Notes under the pieces: generated by a model | The model's database searches: none | The model's input: only the letters and a program-made list of their open reading frames with translations | Told to the model about the DNA's origin: nothing | Program-made: the position numbers and the translations under genes | Part shown: piece by piece, positions 20,169 through 30,406 of the stretch | Numbering within the stretch: position 1 is the first letter of the stretch | How the letters are laid out: every line of letters begins with the position of its first letter | From: an uncultured virus (IMG/VR IMGVR_UViG_3300009826_000018) | Taxonomy: Duplodnaviria > Heunggongvirae > Uroviricota > Caudoviricetes | DNA length: 64,000 nucleotides | IMG/VR virus record: IMGVR_UViG_3300009826_000018 | Span: 1-64,000 of that record | Direction: 5' to 3' (one strand)

Positions 20169-20569
20169 CCCAAGCAATGAGAGAACATTTTTTAGCAATA
20201 GATTTGCTGAATATTAAGGACAATATAATGTCTTTATTAGATATTTGTAATGATATTGAACTAATATCTTACTATCGTTATCCTTCCTGTGTTAGAAATG
20301 TAATATTATCAACACAAATTGAAGGCGAAGAGGAAGAAGTGTGGTTAAACATATTTGGGGAAAAAATTATAAATTTACTTCCTCAATATAGTGTAATGTT
20401 TGATAACAAGATAGTAGTTGAATTTAAACCCAAAACCAAGCGTGGTAAAAAAGGCGAAATATTAACCTCACTGTTTTTTGCCCACAAGGATAATCATTAT
20501 TATATTGGATTAACCGCCGAAAACAAAGACGGTATTCCACCAATAAAGTTGAAGAAAATAAAAAAATAA
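20165..20569 (+). CDS. Hypothetical protein
   Basis: 134-aa ORF, ATGA overlap. Confidence 0.5.
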   Translation: MTQAMREHFLAIDLLNIKDNIMSLLDICNDIELISYYRYPSCVRNVILSTQIEGEEEEVWLNIFGEKIINLLPQYSVMFDNKIVVEFKPKTKRGKKGEILTSLFFAHKDNHYYIGLTAENKDGIPPIKLKKIKK

Positions 20570-20574
20570 CTGAT

Positions 20575-22743
20575 ATGATAGAATTAAAAGATATTAAGGA
20601 TTTTATTAATAATAAGAGAAAATTTGAAATAATAACCACAAGTGAACAACTAAACGAAATATCCAACAAATTAAAGTTGGAATTTATCGGTATTGATAAA
20701 CAAATTGATGAGTTAATCAATGCAGTTAAACCTTGGTTATTTTTCAAAGATTCTTTAGAAAAACCATTAGTGGTTAATTTAGTTGGATTAACCGGTTGTG
20801 GAAAAACAGCATTAGTTAATAGGTTAATATCGTTATTGGGGTTGGAATTTTATTGTCATACTGTTAATGGTTCAGATTTAAACGAAGAAAAAGCACTGAA
20901 TTTTCTTCTATATGACCACAACAGACATATTGACCACCCAATTATAATTTTAGATGAATTTCAAAATTACAAAGCAAAAGACAGTGACGGTGAAATAGAT
21001 TCCTATAAATCCGGCTTGTGGTTGTTTATGGATACCGGACTATTGAAATATGACGGTAGAATTGAAACGTATGACGATAATGAAGGGGTGTCGGCAGCAG
21101 TGCGAATATTTAGATCGCTACTGTATTTAAAGAACAAAACATATAAAAACCTTTCATTTTCTTTATCCGAAGAGGAATATAAACGATTTGAAAACTACCA
21201 CAATGATGTGGGTGAAGATGTTGAAAATAATAGGTCCAAATTGGTGGATATTGGTACAAACAAAATGTATGTTAGTATATCAGACGAAATAATATTGGAT
21301 TTATTAGGGTGCTGCGATATTAGACCAAGTCAAACCAGCAGCAAACAAACTATATTCACTTTCAAACAAGGTTTTATTGACAATGTTGCTAAAATAATAA
21401 AGTTGTATGGATTGGACACAATCATTAATCTAAATACATTGTACGAGGATATGTCCGAAATGTTGATTGGTGATATTACCGATTTTCTCACAACACTTCG
21501 GAATGACCTTATCAATGGTTCAAAAAAACCACAAGTAAATTATAAACGTAGTTTGATATTCGTTCTTCTCAATTTGGATGAAGCGTATCACGGTATGCAC
21601 TCGGATTTCAGTGCCGATATATCCGCTGACGAATTTAATAAAATATCCAAAAAAATATCTATCGTTGAAGTCAAAGAAGCACTAATGGATAGATATAGAG
21701 CAGAACACGTTTCAAGATTGGGTAATACATTCATAATTTATCCCTCATTAGATTCTAAATCATATAAAATTATTATTCGGAATATTCTTAATAGTTATTC
21801 GGAGTACATTCAAAAAACATATAACATAGAATTGAAGTTCGATAAATCTATTCATTCAATTGTGTATAGAGAAAACGTGTTTCCAACACTTGGGGTTAGA
21901 CCATTACAGACAGGTATTAATGACTTGATTAAGTCAAATTTTGCCAATACGTTATTACACAAAAACGTTAATGAAATATATTGTGATACTATTGAATATT
22001 CGTATAAGAATAAAAAAATATTAGTTTCATTTTATGAGAATGGTAGTTTGGTTGGAAATACTGAACATAAAATTCACCTACGTTTAGAAAGTTTACGAAA
22101 TAACAAGGGTAATGATTTACAAACATTAACCGCCATACACGAAGCCGGACATGCTGTTGCTATGGTCGCCCTATTCAATAAACTTCCCATACAAGTTTTG
22201 TCTGTTACAACCGATCCTGTTAATAGTGGTTTCACGCTTGATCGTATCGAAGAAGATTCTATAACAAACAGAGATATTATTGATAAGAAAATTAGCGTTT
22301 CGCTTGCGGGTAGAGCAGCAGAAATTATTGTTTTTGGTGATGAATTAATTAGTACGGGTGCATCGAGTGATTTAGAGTATGCAACCGGTTTAGTGATTAG
22401 GTCGTATAGAAAATGGAATTTGAAAGGTCGGTTAGGTGTTTTTACATTAGCAGAAGATGATGATAGTCTAATGAAGGAACATAGTGATTACGATACACAA
22501 AAAGACGCGGTTCTTGAATTGAGAAGAATTATGCAAAATACCGTTGCGTTGTTGGAAAAACATAAACCACTTTTATTACAAATTGGTAAATATTTGACAA
22601 CACATACTTCGATATCCCAGACCAAGTTGAGGGAACATATCAGAAAGTATTCAGATATTGATGTTAATACCTTGTTATCTATAAATGAAAAAACAAATTA
22701 TGGGTATACGAAAAAATTAAATAAGGTCTTGAATGAGATTTAA
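20575..22743 (+). CDS. Soluble AAA+ ATPase (Clp D2-like) fused to M41/FtsH-type zinc protease
   Basis: GLTGCGKT, IIILDEF, RAEHVSRLG, GVRPL; TAIHEAGHA, LAGRAAE, GASSDL; no TM. Confidence 0.85.
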   Translation: MIELKDIKDFINNKRKFEIITTSEQLNEISNKLKLEFIGIDKQIDELINAVKPWLFFKDSLEKPLVVNLVGLTGCGKTALVNRLISLLGLEFYCHTVNGSDLNEEKALNFLLYDHNRHIDHPIIILDEFQNYKAKDSDGEIDSYKSGLWLFMDTGLLKYDGRIETYDDNEGVSAAVRIFRSLLYLKNKTYKNLSFSLSEEEYKRFENYHNDVGEDVENNRSKLVDIGTNKMYVSISDEIILDLLGCCDIRPSQTSSKQTIFTFKQGFIDNVAKIIKLYGLDTIINLNTLYEDMSEMLIGDITDFLTTLRNDLINGSKKPQVNYKRSLIFVLLNLDEAYHGMHSDFSADISADEFNKISKKISIVEVKEALMDRYRAEHVSRLGNTFIIYPSLDSKSYKIIIRNILNSYSEYIQKTYNIELKFDKSIHSIVYRENVFPTLGVRPLQTGINDLIKSNFANTLLHKNVNEIYCDTIEYSYKNKKILVSFYENGSLVGNTEHKIHLRLESLRNNKGNDLQTLTAIHEAGHAVAMVALFNKLPIQVLSVTTDPVNSGFTLDRIEEDSITNRDIIDKKISVSLAGRAAEIIVFGDELISTGASSDLEYATGLVIRSYRKWNLKGRLGVFTLAEDDDSLMKEHSDYDTQKDAVLELRRIMQNTVALLEKHKPLLLQIGKYLTTHTSISQTKLREHIRKYSDIDVNTLLSINEKTNYGYTKKLNKVLNEI

Positions 22744-23972
22744 CCCTCATTAAAAGATACAACCTGACTAACAATTTCAGGGAGAGTACAGGTGACACCT
22801 AATGATACGGTGTCACTTATTATATCCGGTATTTCGCAACTAACAAATCCAATAGAGATACTATCACTTATAATATCAGGTAGAATACAATCATAAATGT
22901 TCTTGGGTATTTCACAACAAACTATTTCTGCGTTGAAACGAATTTTGGCGGGTGCGTAGTTATCCCACTTCTTGAAATGAATTTCCACCTTTTCATGTTC
23001 ATACAATCTAAAACCATTACCACAAACATTGATAGATTCGTCATTACGTTTTAAAGTAAATGAGCGAATATTGTCGGTTGAAACGGAGTGTACATACAAA
23101 TTTTCATCTAATCTGAATTTAGCGTAACTTCGAGAATTAACAGGAAAATCCACAACCAAATCCACCTTACCAGGACAACAATCATCTTCTACAATGGTGG
23201 CGCACGGTTTGTATTTCGCTTCGGTATCCACTGACACCAAAACTCTGTTTTGCAATCGTTCTCTTTTAAAATCAGATTCTTGTAAAATATATGCTTTTAC
23301 AAGTATTTCGTAGTTTTGAAGATAATATCTTCTTGTTTCTAAATCCGTTTTAGTTTCGTCACCAACCTTTTCCAATTCCATTGACACATAATAAGTGTCT
23401 TTAACACGAAGATATGCTTGTAATGCTTTAAACCTATCAAGTATCATTGTGTTGAACTTATTTACTGTTTCCATTTTCACACTAAAAATAGATACAGTGT
23501 ATTTAAGATCAATCGCAACAGGTTGTTTCATTGAGATAACATCATACCCTTCAACACCGTTTTCAACGATTGGAATATAACAAACAGGAAATGTTGATTC
23601 ACCGGGAATGTTAAATATTTTTCCGTGTATTGTTCCTTGTTGTGGTGCTAATTCTCGTGATATGGTTTTGAACGACAACAACATTTCACCTTCGCTATTT
23701 GTTATTTTCCAATTCTTACCAAAATCACTAAGTCTTTGTATTGACAATAAAAATTGAGTTGGTACAAGTTGTTTGTTATACACTATCTGCAACTCACGCT
23801 CAACCCACTCCTTGAAACTTGCGTCAATATCTTCCACCGACATAAGTTTGGGATTATACGCTTGGTCAAGAAATGCTTCGAGTGCTAATTTTTTACGCCA
23901 CGGTTCACCAAAACTATGTGGGTAATCCCCACGTGTTGGATTTATATTATTTTTACCACCATTTATGAACAT
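22740..23972 (-). CDS. Putative tail-completion/terminator-type structural protein
   Basis: Late motif at 23989-23997; PVAIDLKYTVSIF pattern recalls T4 gp15-like proteins; C-terminal CxxPxI repeats. Confidence 0.45.
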   Translation of the reverse strand: MFINGGKNNINPTRGDYPHSFGEPWRKKLALEAFLDQAYNPKLMSVEDIDASFKEWVERELQIVYNKQLVPTQFLLSIQRLSDFGKNWKITNSEGEMLLSFKTISRELAPQQGTIHGKIFNIPGESTFPVCYIPIVENGVEGYDVISMKQPVAIDLKYTVSIFSVKMETVNKFNTMILDRFKALQAYLRVKDTYYVSMELEKVGDETKTDLETRRYYLQNYEILVKAYILQESDFKRERLQNRVLVSVDTEAKYKPCATIVEDDCCPGKVDLVVDFPVNSRSYAKFRLDENLYVHSVSTDNIRSFTLKRNDESINVCGNGFRLYEHEKVEIHFKKWDNYAPAKIRFNAEIVCCEIPKNIYDCILPDIISDSISIGFVSCEIPDIISDTVSLGVTCTLPEIVSQVVSFNEG

Positions 23973-24016
23973 CTACAAATTAGTTTTCTATAAATAGAAA
24001 AAATATAGTTTATTGT

Positions 24017-24040
24017 AGGATCGGATTAATAAATGTAAAT
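24017..24040 (+). promoter_or_regulatory. AGGATCGGA...TGTAA motif (copy 2)
   Basis: AGGATCGGATTAATAAATGTAAAT upstream of AAA ATPase. Confidence 0.6.
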
Positions 24041-24092
24041 TATATTGTTTTGATATAGAATTTTGTGTATATTAAATTTAAAAAATAAATAT

Positions 24093-25064
24093 ATGAAGCA
24101 GGAATATAAAGATATGATTGAAAGATCAAATGATATGAATAGACGCTTGGATAAGTTATTGGAGGAACAAAAAGATAGAGGTAAAATGCTTGAGGAAATG
24201 GAAAGGGAAATGGATGAAATCGAAGAACTAATAGATACCTCAACAGAAAAACCAATAAAGATTATTATTCAAAACCCACAAGAACTACAAGAATTAATAG
24301 GACTTGAAAGTGTTAAATCTGAAATAAACACATTATCAAACTTTATTAAAATACAACAGATGAGAAAAGAAAGGGGTTTAAAATCTTCTAATCTTAATTA
24401 TCATTGTGTTTTTACAGGTAATCCTGGAACAGGAAAAACCACTGTCGGAAGGATTGTTGGTTCGATTTTCAAAGAATTGGGAATACTAAAAAGTGGGCAT
24501 CTTGTGGAAACAGACCGTTCAGGTTTGGTTGGTGAATATGTTGGACACACTGCGGTAAAAACCAATAAAATTATTGATAGCGCATTGGATGGTGTTTTGT
24601 TCATTGACGAAGCATATTCTTTGATTTCGGGTGGTCAAAATGATTTTGGAAAAGAAGCAATCGCAACGCTATTGAAACGTATGGAAGATGATAGAGATAG
24701 ATTAGTGGTTATTCTTGCAGGTTACACTGACGAAATGAAAATTTTTATCAACTCCAATCCTGGATTAGAATCACGATTCAACAGATACATTGAATTTGAA
24801 GATTATTCTGTTGAAGAATTATATCGAATTTTTGAAACAAATGTTAAAAATTTTGAATATCATTTGGATAAGAATGTTGATAATATTTTGAAGAAACATT
24901 TTCAACAAGTAATTGAAAATAAAGACCGCAATTTTGGTAATGCTCGTTTTGTAAGAAATTTCTTTGAAAAAACATTAGAACAACAATCTAATCGTTTAGC
25001 AAAAGAAACAGACTTTACAGTTGAAAAACTATCTAAAATTTTAACAATAGACCTCTTAATATGA
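24093..25064 (+). CDS. AAA+ ATPase, CbbX/CfxQ/SpoVK family
   Basis: LIGL..VK, FTGNPGTGKTT, LVGEYVGHT, VLFIDEAY, NPGL.SRF, FGNARFVRN. Confidence 0.9.
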   Translation: MKQEYKDMIERSNDMNRRLDKLLEEQKDRGKMLEEMEREMDEIEELIDTSTEKPIKIIIQNPQELQELIGLESVKSEINTLSNFIKIQQMRKERGLKSSNLNYHCVFTGNPGTGKTTVGRIVGSIFKELGILKSGHLVETDRSGLVGEYVGHTAVKTNKIIDSALDGVLFIDEAYSLISGGQNDFGKEAIATLLKRMEDDRDRLVVILAGYTDEMKIFINSNPGLESRFNRYIEFEDYSVEELYRIFETNVKNFEYHLDKNVDNILKKHFQQVIENKDRNFGNARFVRNFFEKTLEQQSNRLAKETDFTVEKLSKILTIDLLI

Positions 25065-25071
25065 AAATAAA

Positions 25072-25109
25072 AAAAAAACCTATTTACCACATTGTAAATA
25101 GGTTTTTTT
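25072..25109. terminator. Bidirectional terminator between convergent genes
   Basis: AAAAAAACCTATTTAC-loop-GTAAATAGGTTTTTTT. Confidence 0.8.
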
Positions 25110-25124
25110 ATAAACTTTCATTTT

Positions 25125-26549
25125 TTACATTGTACCCCAATCACCTACTGTATGTAGATGATCTACCATAGCATTTGCACTATCACGTTCTTGTGTTCGT
25201 GTTTTTAAGGTTTTTTTAGTTATATTAAGTCGTTGCCACAACTTATTAATAACTCTTTTATCAACAGCACCTGTTTGTTCTAATTGTTTAATTTTATTTT
25301 CAAAATCAACAGCATCATTTTGTAACCTCTCTATTACTTCGGCTTGATCAGTTTTTGTGTTATTTAATGCTTTAATTTCATTTTCCATATTAATACCGGC
25401 GGCACGTAATCCGTCAATAATTTCTTTACTCTGTTGATCCGTGGATTGTAAGTTTTCTATTTCACTGTTAAGACCCTCTATTGTCTGATTTAAAGCAGCG
25501 ATTTGTTGTCCTGATAACCTTTTTATTTCATAATCCATACCGGCTTTAGATGCAAAATATTGACCTTTCAATTCGTCTCTTTGTGGTGTTCTAATATCTT
25601 TCACACCTTTAAGTCTTGGAACCCTTTTGATAGCGGCTTCAACGCTTGTCAAATATGCTGTTGGGTCAATTGGAACATTCGGATTATCACCTAAAAATTT
25701 AGCATGTTTTAACCACGCAGATTCAAAATTTTTAAACGCAGAACCAATTTTTCTTGCTGCTACTAATACTTTATGTGGTACAGTACCACTTCCGGTAATA
25801 CTACCACCTATGTTTCTCAAAGCATTTCTAATACCAAACATTCCTTCATCAACCGAATCATTATATGCTTCGGTCAAAAGTTCATTGATATTTTGTGAAA
25901 CCATTCTCTGAACACCTTCACGAAAATCTTCTTTGTCAAAAGTATCACGATACCTGTCTAATGAACCAATACCGTGTTCTTCTTCGTAATCAAATTCTTC
26001 TTCGGCGATTACTTCATCTAATTTTCTTTTGATTTCGGCGGCGATTTGTTCTAAATCCATATACTCCGGTGACATTCTACAAGCCTGTGTAATGATTTTT
26101 TTGAACGCTTCTAAAGCTTCGTCATTTACTTTTGGTAAAGTACCCATCGCCTTTTGAACAAGTGGCGATAATGGACCTTCGTTAATAGATTCATAAATAA
26201 GATTAGTAAGGTGATTCACAATACTCTCTTTCTTCAATTCTTTTACATTTTGACCAACCAAACTTGATATACGATTATTTTTTGTGATAGATTCATATAT
26301 TTGGTTAGTAAGTTGATGTACTTGACTTTCTCTTTGGAGATTTATCCAAGATGAAGTGTCTTTCGGATTTAACCCATAACTTTGTGGGTTGGAAGTGATA
26401 ATGAAACTTTCATTTAATTTGCTTCCGGGATATACATTCGATAAGTAGGTTTTAACTTCGTTCTTGATCTTGGATTTATCAGTTGTGTTAAATCCTTTTA
26501 CGATAAACCCCTTATTCTCATTGATACAATATAGTTTATATTGGTTCAT
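25125..26549 (-). CDS. Putative internal head protein with C-terminal coiled coil
   Basis: Late motif at 26580-26587; repeated LNES/IYES/INE sites; duplicated HxLTNxIYESI. Confidence 0.5.
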   Translation of the reverse strand: MNQYKLYCINENKGFIVKGFNTTDKSKIKNEVKTYLSNVYPGSKLNESFIITSNPQSYGLNPKDTSSWINLQRESQVHQLTNQIYESITKNNRISSLVGQNVKELKKESIVNHLTNLIYESINEGPLSPLVQKAMGTLPKVNDEALEAFKKIITQACRMSPEYMDLEQIAAEIKRKLDEVIAEEEFDYEEEHGIGSLDRYRDTFDKEDFREGVQRMVSQNINELLTEAYNDSVDEGMFGIRNALRNIGGSITGSGTVPHKVLVAARKIGSAFKNFESAWLKHAKFLGDNPNVPIDPTAYLTSVEAAIKRVPRLKGVKDIRTPQRDELKGQYFASKAGMDYEIKRLSGQQIAALNQTIEGLNSEIENLQSTDQQSKEIIDGLRAAGINMENEIKALNNTKTDQAEVIERLQNDAVDFENKIKQLEQTGAVDKRVINKLWQRLNITKKTLKTRTQERDSANAMVDHLHTVGDWGTM

Positions 26550-26599
26550 TATATTTATTTTTATATGATTATTTTAGTAATAAATAGATATTAATTTTG

Positions 26600-27013
26600 T
26601 TATTCTACCGCCTTTTCTTTCTTTTTTTGTGTGTTATGACAAATATCAAACACCTTCTTCAAGGTTTCAAATGCTTGGCTGTTGCTTTCACCATTTCGAG
26701 ATAATTGGGTCATTGCATCGAGCGATTCCGATTTAATGTTCTCAATGAATTTATTAATTTCGGGGGTTTCCGTATCAATCATACTAATTTCACTATCCAA
26801 CATTTGGTCGCCACCAAATTCTTCTGTGTTTTCACACTCAATGTATTCACGAAGTAACTTGTAATTTTTTTGAATAGCGTTAATGTTTTCTTTTATAGTG
26901 TTAGTTTTAATAGTCTTAACAGGTTGAGCAGTAGGTTTAACACCAAAATTGGATTCACTCAACACCTCTTTAACAGTTTTATCAACATATTCCTTTAAAT
27001 TGAACTTTTGCAT
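26600..27013 (-). CDS. Putative head-associated protein
   Basis: N-terminus LKEYVDKTVKEVLSES typical of jumbo-phage head proteins; late motif at 27031-27038. Confidence 0.5.
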   Translation of the reverse strand: MQKFNLKEYVDKTVKEVLSESNFGVKPTAQPVKTIKTNTIKENINAIQKNYKLLREYIECENTEEFGGDQMLDSEISMIDTETPEINKFIENIKSESLDAMTQLSRNGESNSQAFETLKKVFDICHNTQKKKEKAVE

Positions 27014-27057
27014 AAAAATAAGTTTTTTTAATAAATAGCATTGAAAATTAAATTTTT

Positions 27058-27066
27058 CTATTTATA
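27058..27066 (+). promoter_or_regulatory. Putative late promoter CTATTTATA (divergent pair with 27031-27038)
   Basis: Back-to-back copies serve divergent genes. Confidence 0.6.
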
Positions 27067-27083
27067 AGTAAATTGAATGGCAA

Positions 27084-28232
27084 ATGAAAACCATAATAAT
27101 ATCCGAAGAGCAGTTACATAAAATTAAGAATGATATTTTGAAAGAGGATAGGGAAGAAGTAACTTTTTATCAGTTCAGAGCAGAGTTACAGGATTTCTTA
27201 AAATCGTTATTGGAACACCCAATTACCTGTAATGTTGGTGAGTTTTGGCGATCACGTGGTTTTTCTAAAAATAAAATGGTCGAATATTTGGTCAAAACCA
27301 ATGTTTTAGAGAAGGATCAAAAGGTTAATACCGACAACATAGACGGACCACAGTTGGAAGTTTCTTACAAAGTGTTGAAGGGTGGTTTTGATAGAAAAAT
27401 AAGAAGAATGTTCATTAAACTTTTTGAGGGTGAAACAAAATCCTCAACAAAGTTACTCGTTGAAAACAACTTTCAAGAAGACGTAGACCCCTCACAAATA
27501 AATCTCAATTCATTTCAACCGAAGTCGGAGTTAAACCCCAAATTTTTTCCCGATGGTGAAAAATTACCGAAGAGAACAAGACTTCGATTGCTTGAAGTTG
27601 CAGACGATTTCATAGAAGAACTTAACCTACCCTTCGCTGAACCCAAAGATATTCACATAGTGGGAAGTATAGTGGGTTATAATTGGTCAAAATATTCTGA
27701 TGTGGATTTACATATAATATATGATTTCAATGATATTGACAAAAGAACAAATTTTGTCAGAGAATATATGGATAGCAAAAAGACTGTGTGGAATGACACC
27801 AAGAAAATAAGAATATTTGGATATGATGTTGAATTATATGTGGAGGATATTTCAGACCCCGCTATTTCAAATGGGCGGTATTCATTGGAAAGTAACAAAT
27901 GGATACAAAAACCCGAAAAACCGGAACCGGTTACATATCAAAAAGAATACATCAAAAACAAGGCAGCAAAATACATCAATATCATAGACAACTACAACAT
28001 AGAACACGGAAAGTTCGTAACCGAACAAAACGATGAACAAATGTTGGTTTTAGCGAAGAAATGTAATCAACTATGGTCTAAAATCAAGGGTATGAGAAAA
28101 TTTGCTATTAAGAGTGGTGGTGAACAGGATAATCACAACATTATTTTTAAGGTACTCAGGCGGTCAGGTAGGTTACAACAACTATTTGAACTCCGCAACG
28201 CCTTATACATTTACAACAAATCTATTCGATAA
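27084..28232 (+). CDS. Pol-beta-superfamily nucleotidyltransferase with head-protein-like N-terminus
   Basis: GSIVGYNWSKYSDVDLH (GS..DxD), third acid in DVELYVED; leader MKTIIISEEQL. Confidence 0.75.
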   Translation: MKTIIISEEQLHKIKNDILKEDREEVTFYQFRAELQDFLKSLLEHPITCNVGEFWRSRGFSKNKMVEYLVKTNVLEKDQKVNTDNIDGPQLEVSYKVLKGGFDRKIRRMFIKLFEGETKSSTKLLVENNFQEDVDPSQINLNSFQPKSELNPKFFPDGEKLPKRTRLRLLEVADDFIEELNLPFAEPKDIHIVGSIVGYNWSKYSDVDLHIIYDFNDIDKRTNFVREYMDSKKTVWNDTKKIRIFGYDVELYVEDISDPAISNGRYSLESNKWIQKPEKPEPVTYQKEYIKNKAAKYINIIDNYNIEHGKFVTEQNDEQMLVLAKKCNQLWSKIKGMRKFAIKSGGEQDNHNIIFKVLRRSGRLQQLFELRNALYIYNKSIR

Positions 28233-28262
28233 AATTGGTTTTCATACAAAAAGTGGGTTTAT

Positions 28263-28685
28263 TTGAGAGAAATAAAGATTTTAAATCCATTCGATATGAT
28301 AAAAATTTGTAAAGTATGTACTCATAGCATACACGCCGACCCTTATGAGGGGGAATTGACTATTGATAACAAACACTATTGTTATGATTGTTTTGAAAAA
28401 GTTTTTAATGAGTTACAAAGTGGTAACATACCTCATTTTAAAAGATATTATCCTGCGTTTTGTACGGGTTTTGGAACACAGATTTATACCATTGATGACG
28501 AAACCACCTTTTTCGCTTCGGAGAACATACATAGAGGCGGTGTATTGTATAAATCTAAACCGGACAAATACAACAAAATTTTTATTCATGTGAAGGAACA
28601 CGAAAAATGTGAAACACATTTCGTAATAGGATTCATATATAATATGGAATACGAAAAAATACCATTACCCGAATTATATATATGA
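28263..28685 (+). CDS. Zn-finger-containing hypothetical protein
   Basis: CKVC...CYDC; start may be ATG at 28296. Confidence 0.5.
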   Translation: MREIKILNPFDMIKICKVCTHSIHADPYEGELTIDNKHYCYDCFEKVFNELQSGNIPHFKRYYPAFCTGFGTQIYTIDDETTFFASENIHRGGVLYKSKPDKYNKIFIHVKEHEKCETHFVIGFIYNMEYEKIPLPELYI

Positions 28686-29599
28686 GCAAAGAATTATCCC
28701 CAATAAAATGGAGTGGTTCAAAACGCCCCATTGCACCCGAAATAATATCACATTTTCCATATTTTAAAGATAATGTGCTTGAACGTGGAACAATGGATGA
28801 ATTGTTTTGCGGTGAAACATTTTATGAATTATTTTGCGGTAGTTGCGCTGTCACATTAGAGTTATTGTCAGGAAGACATATTGATAAAGCGTGGTATAAA
28901 AATTATGTGTGTGTTGATACCAATGCCGATTTAATTAATCTGTGGAAACACATAAAAACACACCCCGATTTATTATCAAATGGATATGAGAGAGAATGGA
29001 AATACTTCAATCAACGTATGGGAGATACTATCGAAGAACATCGTAAATTTCATTTTAATTATATTAGGGATGAATTTAATAGTGGATTACACAACAGGTT
29101 AAAAAACGCCATTAACTTCTTGTTTCTTTTAAGGACTTGTTTTAATGGATTAATCCGCTACAATTCAAAAGGTCATTTTAATAGTTCATGTCATTTTTCA
29201 CGTGGTGGAATTGAACCTTCCAAAATGAGAAAGATATTACACGATACGTCAGAACTATTGAATTATTTTGATGTGGGATTCCTGTGCACAGATTACAGAA
29301 ACATTACTCCAAATGAATATGATTTCGTTTTTATGGACCCACCATACCCAACAGAGAAAAAGAGTGGTATGTATCACGGTGGAATAGATACATCTGAATT
29401 GGTTGAATATTGTAATGAATTAAAATGTGGGTACGCCCTTACATTTGACGGTAATAGGGGTGGTGATAAAGCGAATAAAATTTGTTTAGACGATACAAAT
29501 ATAGTAAATTTAGAAAAGAAAAATAGTTCGTATTCCCGATTAAAGGGAAAACAAGTAGAAGTTGAAGAAATAATGTACATTAAAAAAGTTATACAATGA
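28682..29599 (+). CDS. dam: Dam-like (D12 class) N6-adenine DNA methyltransferase
   Basis: KWSGSK, ELFCGS, D.N.DLI, FNGLIRYNSKG.FN, FMDPPY; recognition site not established. Confidence 0.85.
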   Translation: MSKELSPIKWSGSKRPIAPEIISHFPYFKDNVLERGTMDELFCGETFYELFCGSCAVTLELLSGRHIDKAWYKNYVCVDTNADLINLWKHIKTHPDLLSNGYEREWKYFNQRMGDTIEEHRKFHFNYIRDEFNSGLHNRLKNAINFLFLLRTCFNGLIRYNSKGHFNSSCHFSRGGIEPSKMRKILHDTSELLNYFDVGFLCTDYRNITPNEYDFVFMDPPYPTEKKSGMYHGGIDTSELVEYCNELKCGYALTFDGNRGGDKANKICLDDTNIVNLEKKNSSYSRLKGKQVEVEEIMYIKKVIQ

Positions 29600-30243
29600 G
29601 AGACCCAAAAAGAATAGACAGAGTTTTAGATAGAGTTCGCGAACTTTGGAACATTTATCCCGACCAACGCCTTGGGCAGTTGCTTCAAAATTATGTGTTC
29701 GGTCGTGGTGATAATTTTTATATTGAAGATGATGAAACCGAAAGAATGTTAACCCTCGAAATAGGTAGAAGGGGTAATTTAGGTAAAGACGGTAAGAAAA
29801 ACCTTTTACAGATTGTAAATAAATCAAACAACCCATTTCCTGTGTATGCAAGTAAAGGTGATTCGGGTTTTGATTTGAGAGCGTTTATAGAAACTCCGAT
29901 AATTTTGGAACCAATGAAACGCAAAGTTGTTCCAACCGGACTTTATGTAAGTATTCCTGATGGGTTTGAATTACAAATACGCCCAAGAAGTGGGTTGGCA
30001 GCAAAACAAGGAATAGGAATGGTAAATACACCGGGTACTATTGATACCTATTATCGTGGTGAAATTGGTGTTATCATAATCAACTTGGGAAATGAACCCT
30101 TCACAATTAATAATGGTGATAGAATTGCACAAGCGGTTTTGTGTCCGGTTTCAAGTGAAGCATTTACCGAATTAAGAGAGGTAAAAGAATTGAGTAACAC
30201 TGAACGCGGTGCGGGTGGATTTGGTCACACCGGAACAACATGA
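29596..30243 (+). CDS. dut: dUTPase (trimeric) with N-terminal extra domain
   Basis: GFDL, RPRSG, PGTID.YYRGEIGV, RIAQ, RGAGGFGHTG. Confidence 0.92.
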   Translation: MRDPKRIDRVLDRVRELWNIYPDQRLGQLLQNYVFGRGDNFYIEDDETERMLTLEIGRRGNLGKDGKKNLLQIVNKSNNPFPVYASKGDSGFDLRAFIETPIILEPMKRKVVPTGLYVSIPDGFELQIRPRSGLAAKQGIGMVNTPGTIDTYYRGEIGVIIINLGNEPFTINNGDRIAQAVLCPVSSEAFTELREVKELSNTERGAGGFGHTGTT

Positions 30244-30395
30244 AAATAGTATTATACATAATATTATTCATATCATTAATCATAGTTTGGGCTGTTGAAA
30301 AATTAAGATGTCCAAACTGTGGTAAAATGAGGATTGCTGATAGCAAAACAAGAATGATGACGTGTATGTTTTGTGGAAATAAAGAAATAATGTAA
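30240..30395 (+). CDS. 51-aa TM plus Zn-ribbon protein (not in ORF track)
   Basis: MKIVLYIILFISLIIVWAVEKLRCPNCGK...TCMFCGNKEIM; ATGA overlap with dut. Confidence 0.55.
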   Translation: MKIVLYIILFISLIIVWAVEKLRCPNCGKMRIADSKTRMMTCMFCGNKEIM

Positions 30396-30406
30396 ATAAA
30401 ATAAAA

